From an uncultured delta proteobacterium (GTDB lineage Bacteria > Myxococcota_A > Polyangia > Fen-1088): 64,000 bases of DNA. Under the pieces are notes generated by a model, which searched no databases, was not told where the DNA came from, and worked only from the letters and a program-made list of their open reading frames with translations. How positions within the stretch are numbered: position 1 is the stretch's first letter; each line of letters opens with the position of its first letter. A program made the position numbers and the translations under genes. The DNA lies in assembly GCA_963737265.1 (NCBI GenBank), contig CAVTRY010000014.1, positions 32,001 through 96,000 of the forward strand, in the 5' to 3' direction. Positions 40,175 through 49,444 of this stretch are shown here, in pieces.

Positions 40175-41539
40175 GTGAGCAACGACGACCCGTTCTGCAC
40201 GCTCACCGATCGGCTGCTGGACAGCGCGCGGCCAGCGGCACGTGGGCGACTGTCTTTTCTGCGTTCGACCCAGGAAACCGCCAGCCCGCCGGGAAGAATC
40301 CTTCTTCTCGACGACTCCGCCATCGTACTCGACACAGTCTCGGCCTTCTTGGAAGAAATGGGCTGGACGGTTCTCACGAGCCAGAACGGTGCCGAGGCGC
40401 TGAAGCTGATTTCAACCTTGGAGATCGAGCTCGTGATCTCGGATCTCAACATGCCCGACATGAGCGGCCTCGACGTATTCCGCCGCGTCTTCGCCATGGA
40501 TCCCACGCTTCCCGTGGTCATCCTCAGCGAGGAGGGCGACATAACCCAGGTCCTCGAATCGGTCCACGCCGGCGTCTTCGACTTCGTTCCCAAATCCGAC
40601 CACGCGCGCATGTTGCCCGCGGCGGTCACGCGCGCTGTGGCCCATCGGCGCGTGCTGCGCGAAAATCAGCGTCTGTCGCAAGACCTCATGCGCAGCAACG
40701 AGGGCCTCGAGCGCCGGGTTGCCGAGCAGGCTCGCCTGTTGGAGGAGCGCCTCCGCCGCGAAGCCGATCTCGAAAGGGAAGCTGCTTTAGCGCCGTTGCG
40801 CAAAGAAGTGGAGATCGCGCGGCGGATTCAGACCTCGATTCTGCCCACGGAACACGCGGTTCACGGGCTGCAAATCGCGGCGAAGATGGTGACCGCATCC
40901 GAAGTCGGCGGTGACTACTACGACGTTCGCCCCATCGACGACGGATGTTGGCTTGGCATCGGCGACGTCGCTGGACACGGCCTCGAAGCCGGTCTGGTCA
41001 TGCTTATGATTCAAAGCGGGCTGTCGTCGCTCATCTTGCACGACCCGAATGTGCTGCCACACCAGATCCTGCCCGCGCTTAACCAAATGCTGTACGAGAA
41101 CCTACGTCGGCGCATGGGCCGGGACGATCACGCGACCTTGACCATGCTGCGGTTCTTCTCGGACGGCCGGCTGGTGTACGCGGGAGCCCACGAGGACATT
41201 GTCGTGTGCAGCAGGATCGGAGAGGTCCGAACCGTGCCCACCCACGGAACCTGGGTCGGCATCAGTCCCGATATCAGCCACGATTTGGAAAGTCGGTCGA
41301 TCCAGCTCGCGCCAGACGATCTCGTGGTGCTTTACACCGATGGAATTCCCGAGGCCCGGCGCGGCCGCGAATGTTTCGGAATGCCCCGTCTGATTGCCGC
41401 GGTCGAGCGATTCCACGCCCAACCCGTCGAAGACGTTGTCACCGGTATCCTGCACACCGTGCTCGATTACAATTCAGGCGTTCTGCAAGACGATGCCACC
41501 CTGCTCGTGCTGCGCTACCATCCTGCCACCGGACCGTAG
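40175..41539 (+). CDS. Response regulator receiver fused to SpoIIE/PP2C phosphatase
   Basis: ILLLDD, SDLNMP, coiled coil, ARRIQ, VGGDYYD, GDVAGHG, LYTDGIPE, DDATL. Start uncertain. Confidence 0.92.
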   Translation: MSNDDPFCTLTDRLLDSARPAARGRLSFLRSTQETASPPGRILLLDDSAIVLDTVSAFLEEMGWTVLTSQNGAEALKLISTLEIELVISDLNMPDMSGLDVFRRVFAMDPTLPVVILSEEGDITQVLESVHAGVFDFVPKSDHARMLPAAVTRAVAHRRVLRENQRLSQDLMRSNEGLERRVAEQARLLEERLRREADLEREAALAPLRKEVEIARRIQTSILPTEHAVHGLQIAAKMVTASEVGGDYYDVRPIDDGCWLGIGDVAGHGLEAGLVMLMIQSGLSSLILHDPNVLPHQILPALNQMLYENLRRRMGRDDHATLTMLRFFSDGRLVYAGAHEDIVVCSRIGEVRTVPTHGTWVGISPDISHDLESRSIQLAPDDLVVLYTDGIPEARRGRECFGMPRLIAAVERFHAQPVEDVVTGILHTVLDYNSGVLQDDATLLVLRYHPATGP

Positions 41540-41540
41540 C

Positions 41541-41578
41541 GCTCCAGGCTTCGGGCTTCAGGCTTCGGGCTTCAGGCT
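41541..41578. repeat. Heptamer tandem repeat (RGGCTYC)n
   Basis: GCTCCAGGCTTCGGGCTTCAGGCTTCGGGCTTCAGGCT, the same unit as at 21616. Confidence 0.75.
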
Positions 41579-41683
41579 GTCTGGTCGAGAGCGGCGATCT
41601 TCATCTACCCGCGGCTCTGTGCTTGCGACCCGATGGTTTGCTGGATCTCGACGCACACGCCTGCACTGAAACCTGTAGCCTCA

Positions 41684-42340
41684 TCAGCGTGCTTGGGCGG
41701 AATCCCTGACTTCCCAGACCACCTCGACCTTGCCTATGGGCGAGGCGATGCGCAGGACCATCCGCCCGGACGGAGGTCCGGCGAAGGATTCGCCACCTTC
41801 CTCCGGCCGAACAAATCGCAGGGTGTAGGTCCGGGAAAACGGCGTGCGGTTGGGAAAGAACGCCGTCTCGTAGACCTCGGGCAATTTCTCGACCTTGATC
41901 GACGAGGGATCGAGCTCCGCGCCGGTACCGTCGAGCAAGGTGATTCGCCAGGGCGAGTTTCGGCGTTCAAGGTCATTCCATCGATCCGCGGTGCTCTGGG
42001 CGACGAGATGGATTTCGTACGCCGCGCGAGCCATTTCCTTCTGCGACTTGGCGACGTCCTCGCGCTCGCCGTCCGACAGGTCGTAGACTTTTGCGAACTT
42101 CGCCACATAGGCTTGCCGGAAATCCCAACTCTTGAACGTGGCCCAGATCTCCATCACCGTACCAATGTCCTGCACCAACTTCGCGTGGCGCGTCCACGCC
42201 TCGTGCACCGTCGCGTAGTCGTCGATGCGATAGTTCTTGGAAGCATCGCTAAAATCGACCTGCTGCGGACGCGACGAAGCGCACCCAGCCGCGGCGCCGA
42301 GCAAGTAGGCCAAGCAAGCCGCGCCGCTCGGCCGCTTCAC
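41684..42340 (-). CDS. Hypothetical lipoprotein
   Basis: GTG start overlaps the pyrE stop; lipobox AAGC. Confidence 0.75.
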   Translation of the reverse strand: MKRPSGAACLAYLLGAAAGCASSRPQQVDFSDASKNYRIDDYATVHEAWTRHAKLVQDIGTVMEIWATFKSWDFRQAYVAKFAKVYDLSDGEREDVAKSQKEMARAAYEIHLVAQSTADRWNDLERRNSPWRITLLDGTGAELDPSSIKVEKLPEVYETAFFPNRTPFSRTYTLRFVRPEEGGESFAGPPSGRMVLRIASPIGKVEVVWEVRDSAQAR

Positions 42341-42903
42341 GTGAACTCGCGCCTCCGGAACAAGGTCACGAGCGGCGCCTCCTTTTCCAGCGCCTCGCGC
42401 CCGCCCTCTTCGCGATCGACCAGCCCGACGATCAAGCTGACCTTGAGGCCGAATTCGCGGGCGCGCGCGATCGCCTTGAGCGCCGATCCGCCCGTGGTCA
42501 CGACATCCTCCAGAATGGCGACCGGCATGCCCGGGCGGAGCAACTTGCGTCCCTCGATCCATTGCCCGGTGCCGTGCCCCTTGGCTTCCTTGCGCACGTA
42601 GAAAGCGTCGAGAGGCTTGTGACCGAGATAGCTGACGGTCGACACCGCCGAGGCCAGCGGATCGGCGCCCATGGTCAGTCCACCCACGGCCTCCACCTCG
42701 GGCGCTCGCCCGGCGATGACGTGGCCGAAAAGCCAGCCCACCAAGAAATGCCCTTCCGCGCTCAGCACCGCCTGTTTGCAGTCGATGTAGAAGTTGCTCT
42801 TCTGTCCGGACGCGAGCACCACCTCGCGCTCTTCGTAGGCCAGGCGCTTGAGGAGCTCGAGGAGCCTGGCCCGGTGACGCTCGAAAAGGTCGTTGCCACT
42901 CAT
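42337..42903 (-). CDS. pyrE: Orotate phosphoribosyltransferase
   Basis: LASGQKSNFYIDC, GGLTMGADP, RKEAKGHG, ILEDVVTTGGS. Confidence 0.96.
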   Translation of the reverse strand: MSGNDLFERHRARLLELLKRLAYEEREVVLASGQKSNFYIDCKQAVLSAEGHFLVGWLFGHVIAGRAPEVEAVGGLTMGADPLASAVSTVSYLGHKPLDAFYVRKEAKGHGTGQWIEGRKLLRPGMPVAILEDVVTTGGSALKAIARAREFGLKVSLIVGLVDREEGGREALEKEAPLVTLFRRREFT

Positions 42904-42933
42904 GCGGCCGTTTTTACCATGCCGCCGGCCTGA

Positions 42934-43090
42934 AGACGTGTCCATCAATCGCTCCCGTCGCCAGCCCGGCTGCGCAGCGCGCCCGCTTCGTTTCTCCCCG
43001 CTTACATAGCCCGCGCTATGCGCGCTCGTCGCGCCTCGCGGGCGGGCTGCTCGCGCGGGCAGGCACGGTCCGCGATTGATGGACACGTAT
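42934..43090. mobile_element. MITE-like repeat family A, copy 3
   Basis: TGA|AGACGTGTCCATCAAT...ATTGATGGACACGTAT|TGA. Confidence 0.85.
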
Positions 43091-43107
43091 TGAGTGGCGT
43101 ATGACAG

Positions 43108-43873
43108 CTACAGCTTGAGCCCTTCGAGCGGGTCGTTGGAGACGGGCCTCTTGCCCTTGATGAGATCGGGCGCAGGAGCGGGCGCGGACTCTTTCTTGTC
43201 CTTTTCCCTCGACGATGCGGATCGCGTCGGGGTGCTGCTCGGCGCATGGCTTCTGGCGCGAACGGCGTCATCGAGCTGCCTCTGAATCGAGGCACGTTCG
43301 GAGTCGCTCTTGGCCGCGGCAAGCTGCCTCTTGAAGGAAGCTTCGAGCTGCTCGAATCGCTTCTCCTCCTCGGCCAGCCGCAGCCTCGCGGCCTCGCTTT
43401 CCCGCGCACTCTTCTCCTCTTGTGCCGCAAGCTGCTTTTGGTGATCGGCCTTGATCTTGAAAATCACGCCGCCCGCGATCACGAGAACGAGCGCCACGAT
43501 GCCGATGATGGCTCCCACGGGCGTGCTCTTGCCTTTGGCCGCGCTCCTGGCCTGCACCTCAAGGCGCATGCGCTCTTGCTGCAGCTTCACCTCGCCGTCG
43601 ACGCGGGCTCGGCGCTCGGCTTCTTCGAGCCGCAGCCGCTCCTCGCGCTCGCGCGCCAGCTTTTCCTCTTCGGCGCGCCGTAGCCGCGCCTCTTCTTCGC
43701 GTTTGGCACGCTCCGTCTCTTCCTTGGCCTTGCGCTCGAACATCTTCCTTGGCGCGGCGCTCGGCATCGGCGCGAGCTTCGGCTTCGGCGCGCTCCTTCT
43801 TGACCCTGTCCTCCTCCTGCTTGCGCAGTTCCTTGAGAGACTTGAGGACCGAATTGTCGCGTGAATCCAACAT
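43108..43873 (-). CDS. Coiled-coil membrane protein (frameshift near 43740)
   Basis: N-part NSVLKSLKELRKQEEDRV in ORF 43559..43873; C-part with TM and ending NDPLEGL in ORF 43108..43767. Confidence 0.75.
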
Positions 43874-44085
43874 AGAACTCCTTATGACCGAATCACGTCC
43901 GGATGGGCGGCAGGCATTCTCATATCTAACACAGAATTATGGGCAAGCGAACGCATGAGCTGCGCAACCGATTCATCTTACCTGACATATATCTCTCGAC
44001 ATGCGCGCCACAATCTTTACGACTTATGATCGGACCAATGCTATGCGCGGGCCGGATGCGAAATTCCCCCAGCGGAGAAAGCAAC

Positions 44086-44607
44086 CTAGCCGGCGCCGAT
44101 CGCGGCCTGAAAACGCCGGGCGACGGTTGCCGCGAGGTCGTCGACGCCGCGACCGTCGGTGTCGACGCGCGCGTGCGCGAGACGCTCGTAAAGGGGCGTG
44201 CGACGCTTCAACACTTCTTCCACCTCCTCGGTGAAGCTTTTGGTGCCCGTCAGCGACGGACGAGAAGCGTCCCCGCCGATCCGCCCGACGATGGTGGCCG
44301 GCGTGGCCCGCAGCCAAAACACCTTGCCCCCTGCGCGCAGCAGCGCGATATTCGCCTCGCGCTCGACCACGCCGCCGCCGCAGTCGAGGATCAGACCATC
44401 CATGGAGCAGAGCTCGCGGCAGAGTTTTTCTTCGAGGTCGCGAAAGTGATTCCAGCCGTGCGCGGCGACGATGTCGGGGATGGGCACGCCGGCCAAACGC
44501 ACGATTTCCTCGTCGAGACTAACCACGCGTCGGTCGAGCAAAGGCGCCAACCTGCGCGCCACCGCGCTCTTGCCCGTGCCGCGATAGCCGACCAGGATCA
44601 GATTCAT
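44086..44607 (-). CDS. aroK: Shikimate kinase
   Basis: GYRGTGKS, FRDLE, CGGGVV, RPSL, RRTPLY. Confidence 0.95.
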   Translation of the reverse strand: MNLILVGYRGTGKSAVARRLAPLLDRRVVSLDEEIVRLAGVPIPDIVAAHGWNHFRDLEEKLCRELCSMDGLILDCGGGVVEREANIALLRAGGKVFWLRATPATIVGRIGGDASRPSLTGTKSFTEEVEEVLKRRTPLYERLAHARVDTDGRGVDDLAATVARRFQAAIGAG

Positions 44608-45462
44608 AGCCGTGCCTCGATCACCTGCCTCATGGCCTGCGCCGGCGCCGGCCTACCCGTCCAAAGCTCGAACTGCACCATGGCCTGGCCAAGGAACATC
44701 TCCATTCCCTCCACCACGCGGCATCCCGCGGCGGCCGCTTGCCGGAGCAACAGCGTCCGGCGGGGATTGTAGACCGCATCGAAAACCGCCAGGTCCGGTC
44801 TGAGCAAGCTGCTCGGTACCACACTGCGCTCGGCTTCGGGCGTCATCCCAACCGGCGTACAATGCAACAGTACGTCGGCCCGACCAACCGCCTCCGCCAG
44901 AGTCGCATCGGTCAGGACTTGGGCTTTGGCGTTCTTCCCTGTCTTGTCCGCGACATCGCGGCCCAGCCGGACAAGCTCGTCCTCGACGACGCCGAGCAGG
45001 GCCAATTCCGCCGGCTGTCCGCGCAAGGCAACGGTCATGGTCACCGCGCGGGCCGCCCCTCCCGAGCCAAGCACCAGCACCCGGCGGCCGGCCACTTCGA
45101 TCCCCGCGCGCCCAAGCGCGTCCAGGGCGCCCTGTCCGTCGGAGTTGTAGCCCATCAGGCGACCGTCTTCGTTGACGACCGTGTTGATGCAGCCAATGGC
45201 ACGTGCCATGGGATCCACGCCGTCGACGAGAGCCATGGCCGCCACCTTGTGCGGCATCGTGATGGACAGGCCACGGTAGCCAAACGCGCGTGCGCCAGCA
45301 ACGGCGGACGCAGAGATCGGCCGCCGCGACGTCGTGGGCTACGTAGACGTAAGGCAAGTCCAGCTCTTCAAACGCGGTGTTGTGAATCATCGGCCCCATC
45401 GAATGACGGGCCGGGAAACCGAGCAGGGCGCAGATCCGGAAGTTGGCGTCGATTCTGGTCAT
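44604..45462 (-). CDS. aroE: Shikimate dehydrogenase (frameshift near 45312)
   Basis: HSMGPMIHN in one frame; TMPHK, INTVV, GYNSDG, LGSGGAARA and DAVYNP in the other. Confidence 0.93.
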
Positions 45463-45507
45463 AGTATTGCGTCAGCGGCGAAATTTCCGCTGGTGCTTTT
45501 TACCACT

Positions 45508-46290
45508 TCAATTGTTCACGACGACGTTGTTCTGCACTGAATTGTTGTCGTCGCACGCGTTCTTGCCTGAATTGCACAGCACCTGCGAGATGCCGCCCGC
45601 TCCTTGGGTGGCGCCGTTGCCGCCGCCGCCGCCCATGGTCATCTCCAACACCACGTTGGTCTGGCCGTCAACCGCCGTGCCCTCGGAGCGGATGACCACG
45701 ACTTGGTTCACGTCGACGATGAACTCGCCCATCCGGCATTCCGCGGTGTCGTTGCGGATGTAGACCGTGTACGCGCCCATGAGCGGGTTCTGCAGGCCGG
45801 AAGGGTTGCCCGGGACCGCTTCGGCGTGCGCGACACTGGTGGGATAATTCACCCGCACAAGGGGCACGCCCGCGGTGTCGGTCAAGATCGCGCCTCTTCC
45901 GATGGGCAGACCATGCACGGGATCCACGGCGGTGGGAATCTCGTCGGCCGGGTTCGCCGCGTGGCCGGCGCCGCCGAGCGCCGCGGTCAGATCCGGCGCG
46001 ATGGGACCATTGAGAATGTCGCGCGCGCGCTCCAGCCCAGCCTCGGCAACGTAAAGCGCCTGGTTGCGCAAGTTGGTGTTGGTCAGCATCTGCACGCTGG
46101 ATCTGGCCAGGAACAACCCCGACATGCCGAGCCCGAGCAGCGCGATCATGACCAGCATGACTGCGACCAGCACGGCGCCCCGCTCGCCTTCCGGCCGGTC
46201 GGCGGGTCGTTGGCCGGAAGACAAGGCTCGGCGCAAGCTCGCGAGGAAGCCGCAACCGCGAGCACGACCCATGCAGGAAACTGGACGCAC
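45508..46290 (-). CDS. PilX-like N-terminal domain protein
   Basis: ERGAVLVAVMLVMIALLGLG...QALYVAEAGLE. Start uncertain. Confidence 0.75.
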   Translation of the reverse strand: MRPVSCMGRARGCGFLASLRRALSSGQRPADRPEGERGAVLVAVMLVMIALLGLGMSGLFLARSSVQMLTNTNLRNQALYVAEAGLERARDILNGPIAPDLTAALGGAGHAANPADEIPTAVDPVHGLPIGRGAILTDTAGVPLVRVNYPTSVAHAEAVPGNPSGLQNPLMGAYTVYIRNDTAECRMGEFIVDVNQVVVIRSEGTAVDGQTNVVLEMTMGGGGGNGATQGAGGISQVLCNSGKNACDDNNSVQNNVVVNN

Positions 46291-46341
46291 GATATCCGCT
46301 CTATCGGCGGATTCGGCTTGCGTCTGAAGGATTGCCTAGAC

Positions 46342-47394
46342 CTAGAAGGTCCGCCCGCACATGAGCCCAGCCGGGAACACCGAGCACGCGATGGAGCCAC
46401 GATTGGCCGGCGCGTTGGACGTCAGGTTCCAGCTAACGATCCCAACCACGGCCATGGTCACCGCGGCCGCGCCCGCCGCCAGCGTCGCCCCGAGCGCGAG
46501 GTTGCGCTGGGATTGGATAGTGTTCTTGTTATCGCAGGGGTTGTAGCCGAGAGGCGGCTCGCCGGTACACTTGCTGTATTCGTTGCTCCGATCGAGCCAC
46601 CACGCCCCGGCGCCCAAGGCAGCGAGCGCGGTCCCACCCGCCGCCAGCAGCCAGACCGAACCGGGATGCCAGCCTGCAGGTGGTGGGCCGACGGTCTTGG
46701 CGCCGATTCGCATTGCTTCGGCAGAGCCCTCCGCCGGCGCCGTCTTCGCGCCCTGGACCTGGTCCGGTTGCTTTCGTTCCAGGGTCATCGCCAAGTCCTT
46801 GCGTTCCCCGCCGCGCGCGTTCACGGAAAAGGTTCGCAGCACGAAACCCGACTTGCGAACCTCCAAGTTGTGCGAACCGAATCCCAACAGCAATGTTCCG
46901 TCTGCTTCGTATTCCGGTGCGCGTCCGTCGATGAGCACCTGGGCATCGGCGGGCGAAATCTTCAAGGTGTAGACCGACACGAACATTCGACTGCGTTCCA
47001 GCAAGCCCTGGGCATGGGCGCGCTGCTCCGGATTGAGCGGCTTACGCACGTCGACGAGCGATGCCGACAGCGCGCGCACCGCCGCGACGTAATCGCGCAG
47101 CTCGAACGAGGCCATACCGATACTGCGCAGAGTTCTCGCATTGGGATTGAGATCGTGGGCACGCCGAAACAGGATCCTCGCCTCCTCGAAGTGATGGGCG
47201 TCGTACTCGGCCAGCGCGTCCCTGAGCGTGTCGTGGTACCTCGGATCTTCCTTACCGTCGGGCTTTGCATCGGCAGCCCAGGCGCTGCGGGCCGCGCTGC
47301 CGCCACAGGCGATCGCCACCGCAAAACAAACGTAGATGCCCCGCCCGCGCGTTTTTCTTGTCGCAGGGAGCAGCCTGTCTATGCCACGAACCAT
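46342..47394 (-). CDS. TPR + PEGA domain membrane protein
   Basis: TPR (FEEARILFRRAH), PEGA (PADAQVLIDG...HNLEVRKSG), C-terminal TMs. Confidence 0.8.
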   Translation of the reverse strand: MVRGIDRLLPATRKTRGRGIYVCFAVAIACGGSAARSAWAADAKPDGKEDPRYHDTLRDALAEYDAHHFEEARILFRRAHDLNPNARTLRSIGMASFELRDYVAAVRALSASLVDVRKPLNPEQRAHAQGLLERSRMFVSVYTLKISPADAQVLIDGRAPEYEADGTLLLGFGSHNLEVRKSGFVLRTFSVNARGGERKDLAMTLERKQPDQVQGAKTAPAEGSAEAMRIGAKTVGPPPAGWHPGSVWLLAAGGTALAALGAGAWWLDRSNEYSKCTGEPPLGYNPCDNKNTIQSQRNLALGATLAAGAAAVTMAVVGIVSWNLTSNAPANRGSIACSVFPAGLMCGRTF

Positions 47395-47585
47395 TGGGTT
47401 ATCTTAGCGCATCCATTCGCCCGCAGAAGATCGAATGACTGAGACTGGGTGCGAAGGGATCTGACGACGGAGATCCGCGGATGGGAAGGTCAAGCGAAAT
47501 CGCGCTGCAAATCCTGCCTCGCGGGCCTGGCACGATTCGATGAAATAGGGCATACGATTATCTTGCATCAACTTCGGGAGTGGCC

Positions 47586-47984
47586 ATGAACCCAGGAGAG
47601 CGACTGCCGCGCGTCGTGATCGCCGAGGATGACGACGACATGCGGAACGTGTTGTGCGAGCTAGTTTCCGGTTTGGGCGTGGAAGTTGCCGCGGCCTCGA
47701 GCGGCGGCGACCTCGTGCTTCTGCTGACCGATGATCGTCCGGTCGATCTACTTATCACCGATGTGCGCATGCCATGGATGACGGGATTTCAGGTCGCGCT
47801 GTCCGCGCGTAATTCTGGGCTGCGCATTCCCATCATCATCGTGACCGGTTTTCCCGACGACACGTTGCGGGCTCAGGTGGAAAACATGGGCTCCGCGGTG
47901 CTGCTCGCCAAGCCGTTCCGGCCCGAGGAACTGCTGTCGCTGGTGCGTGGACGGCTCTTCGCGTCCCCGGCCGCCAGCGCGTAA
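47586..47984 (+). CDS. Stand-alone response regulator receiver
   Basis: IAEDD, TDVRMP, KPF. Confidence 0.9.
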   Translation: MNPGERLPRVVIAEDDDDMRNVLCELVSGLGVEVAAASSGGDLVLLLTDDRPVDLLITDVRMPWMTGFQVALSARNSGLRIPIIIVTGFPDDTLRAQVENMGSAVLLAKPFRPEELLSLVRGRLFASPAASA

Positions 47985-47993
47985 CGGGCGCGT

Positions 47994-49427
47994 ATGAAAC
48001 TGGCGCGCAAGCTGATCCTCTCCATGGTCATCAGCGTGACCGTGGTGCTTGCGGCGAACGCGTACTACCGCGTGCGCCGTGAGCTCGATGCCTTTGACAG
48101 GGATATGGAACAGGATCATGCGGTCCTGGCCCAAGTGCTCGGGCATGCCGTCAGCGCGGTCTGGGTTGCCAAGGGGCGCGACGCGGGTTTACAACTGGTG
48201 GCCCAAGTGAAGGCGCCGTCGGAGATGCTCCACGTGCGCTGGGTCGATGCCGAGACCCTCAAGAGTCGGGTGAGGGCGAATGACCTGCTCTTCACCGACG
48301 TGCCCATCTCGGTGGGCGGCGCTCTCATGGGTTTCGTCGAAATCTCCGAATCGCGCAACTTCGAGCACGCCTACACACGCAACACGCTCATTCACAGCAT
48401 CGTGCTGACACTCATCGCAGCGGCCAGCGCGGGTATCTTGTCCACGGTGCTCGGCGTGTGGTTCGTCGGCAAACCCATCGAACAACTGGTCGACAAGGCC
48501 CGGCGCATCGGCGCGGGCGACGTGGGCAGCCCGCTCGTCATTCGCCAGCGCGACGAGATCGGCGAGCTGGCCGCGGAGATGAATGCCATGTGTCTGCGGC
48601 TGGCCGAGACCCGCTACGCCTTGACCGCCGAGACCGAGGAGCGCCTGCGCGCGGTGGAGCAGTTGCGCCACGCCGATCGTTTGGCCACCGTGGGCAAGCT
48701 CGCCTCGGGCATAGCCCACGAGCTCGGTACGCCGCTGGGTGTGGCGCTCATGCGCGCCAACATGATTGCTTCGAACGAGAGCGTGGTCCGAGACGTACGC
48801 GACGCCGCCCGCATCGTCGGAGAACAGATCGACCGAATCACCGGGATCGTTCGTCAGCTGCTGGATTTCGCTCGTGGCCGAGGAACGGCGGCGCCCGGCC
48901 CGCAACAGCGGCGCGGTCCCACCAACCTACTCGCCATCGCCCAGCGCTCGGCGGGAATGTTGCAGCCCTTGGCCGTCAAACGCCTGCTGGCCATCGAGAT
49001 CGTCCACCCAGAGAATCCGCCCGAACCGCCGGCCAACGCAGAGCAGATCCAGCAGGTTCTGGTCAACCTGCTGGTGAACGCCATTCACGCCTCGGAGCGG
49101 CCCGGCAAGGTGACTGTTTCTATCGGCGTCGCCGAAACGCGTCCTCCTGCCGACGTGACGCCACCCATGTTCTCCGAATCCGCGCAGCCACAGTATGCGT
49201 ATATTTCGGTCAAGGATGAAGGCATCGGCATCGCCCCCGAAGTGCTGCCGCGGATTTTTGAACCCTTCTTCACCACGAAGCACGTCGGCGAAGGAACCGG
49301 TCTTGGCTTGTCTGTTGCCTACGGAATCGTGCGCGAACACGGCGGCTGGATCGAGGTGGCCAGCGAGCGCAACAAGGGCAGTTGCTTTTCGGTCTACCTA
49401 CCCCTCGATTTCGCCGTGCTGGTCTGA
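47994..49427 (+). CDS. HAMP-domain sensor histidine kinase
   Basis: AHELGTPL, NLLVNA, DEGIG, PFFTTK, GTGLGL. Confidence 0.95.
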   Translation: MKLARKLILSMVISVTVVLAANAYYRVRRELDAFDRDMEQDHAVLAQVLGHAVSAVWVAKGRDAGLQLVAQVKAPSEMLHVRWVDAETLKSRVRANDLLFTDVPISVGGALMGFVEISESRNFEHAYTRNTLIHSIVLTLIAAASAGILSTVLGVWFVGKPIEQLVDKARRIGAGDVGSPLVIRQRDEIGELAAEMNAMCLRLAETRYALTAETEERLRAVEQLRHADRLATVGKLASGIAHELGTPLGVALMRANMIASNESVVRDVRDAARIVGEQIDRITGIVRQLLDFARGRGTAAPGPQQRRGPTNLLAIAQRSAGMLQPLAVKRLLAIEIVHPENPPEPPANAEQIQQVLVNLLVNAIHASERPGKVTVSIGVAETRPPADVTPPMFSESAQPQYAYISVKDEGIGIAPEVLPRIFEPFFTTKHVGEGTGLGLSVAYGIVREHGGWIEVASERNKGSCFSVYLPLDFAVLV

Positions 49428-49444
49428 TTCTGCTATGGACGCGA

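Noticed and set aside
44604-45462. Pseudogene or programmed-frameshift calls for aroE, larE and similar genes
   Set aside because: Single +1 indels in intact genes with no slippery sites; sequencing error is more parsimonious.
47528-47566. Sigma-54 promoter (TGGCACG) before the receiver gene
   Set aside because: No TTGC at the required -12 spacing.
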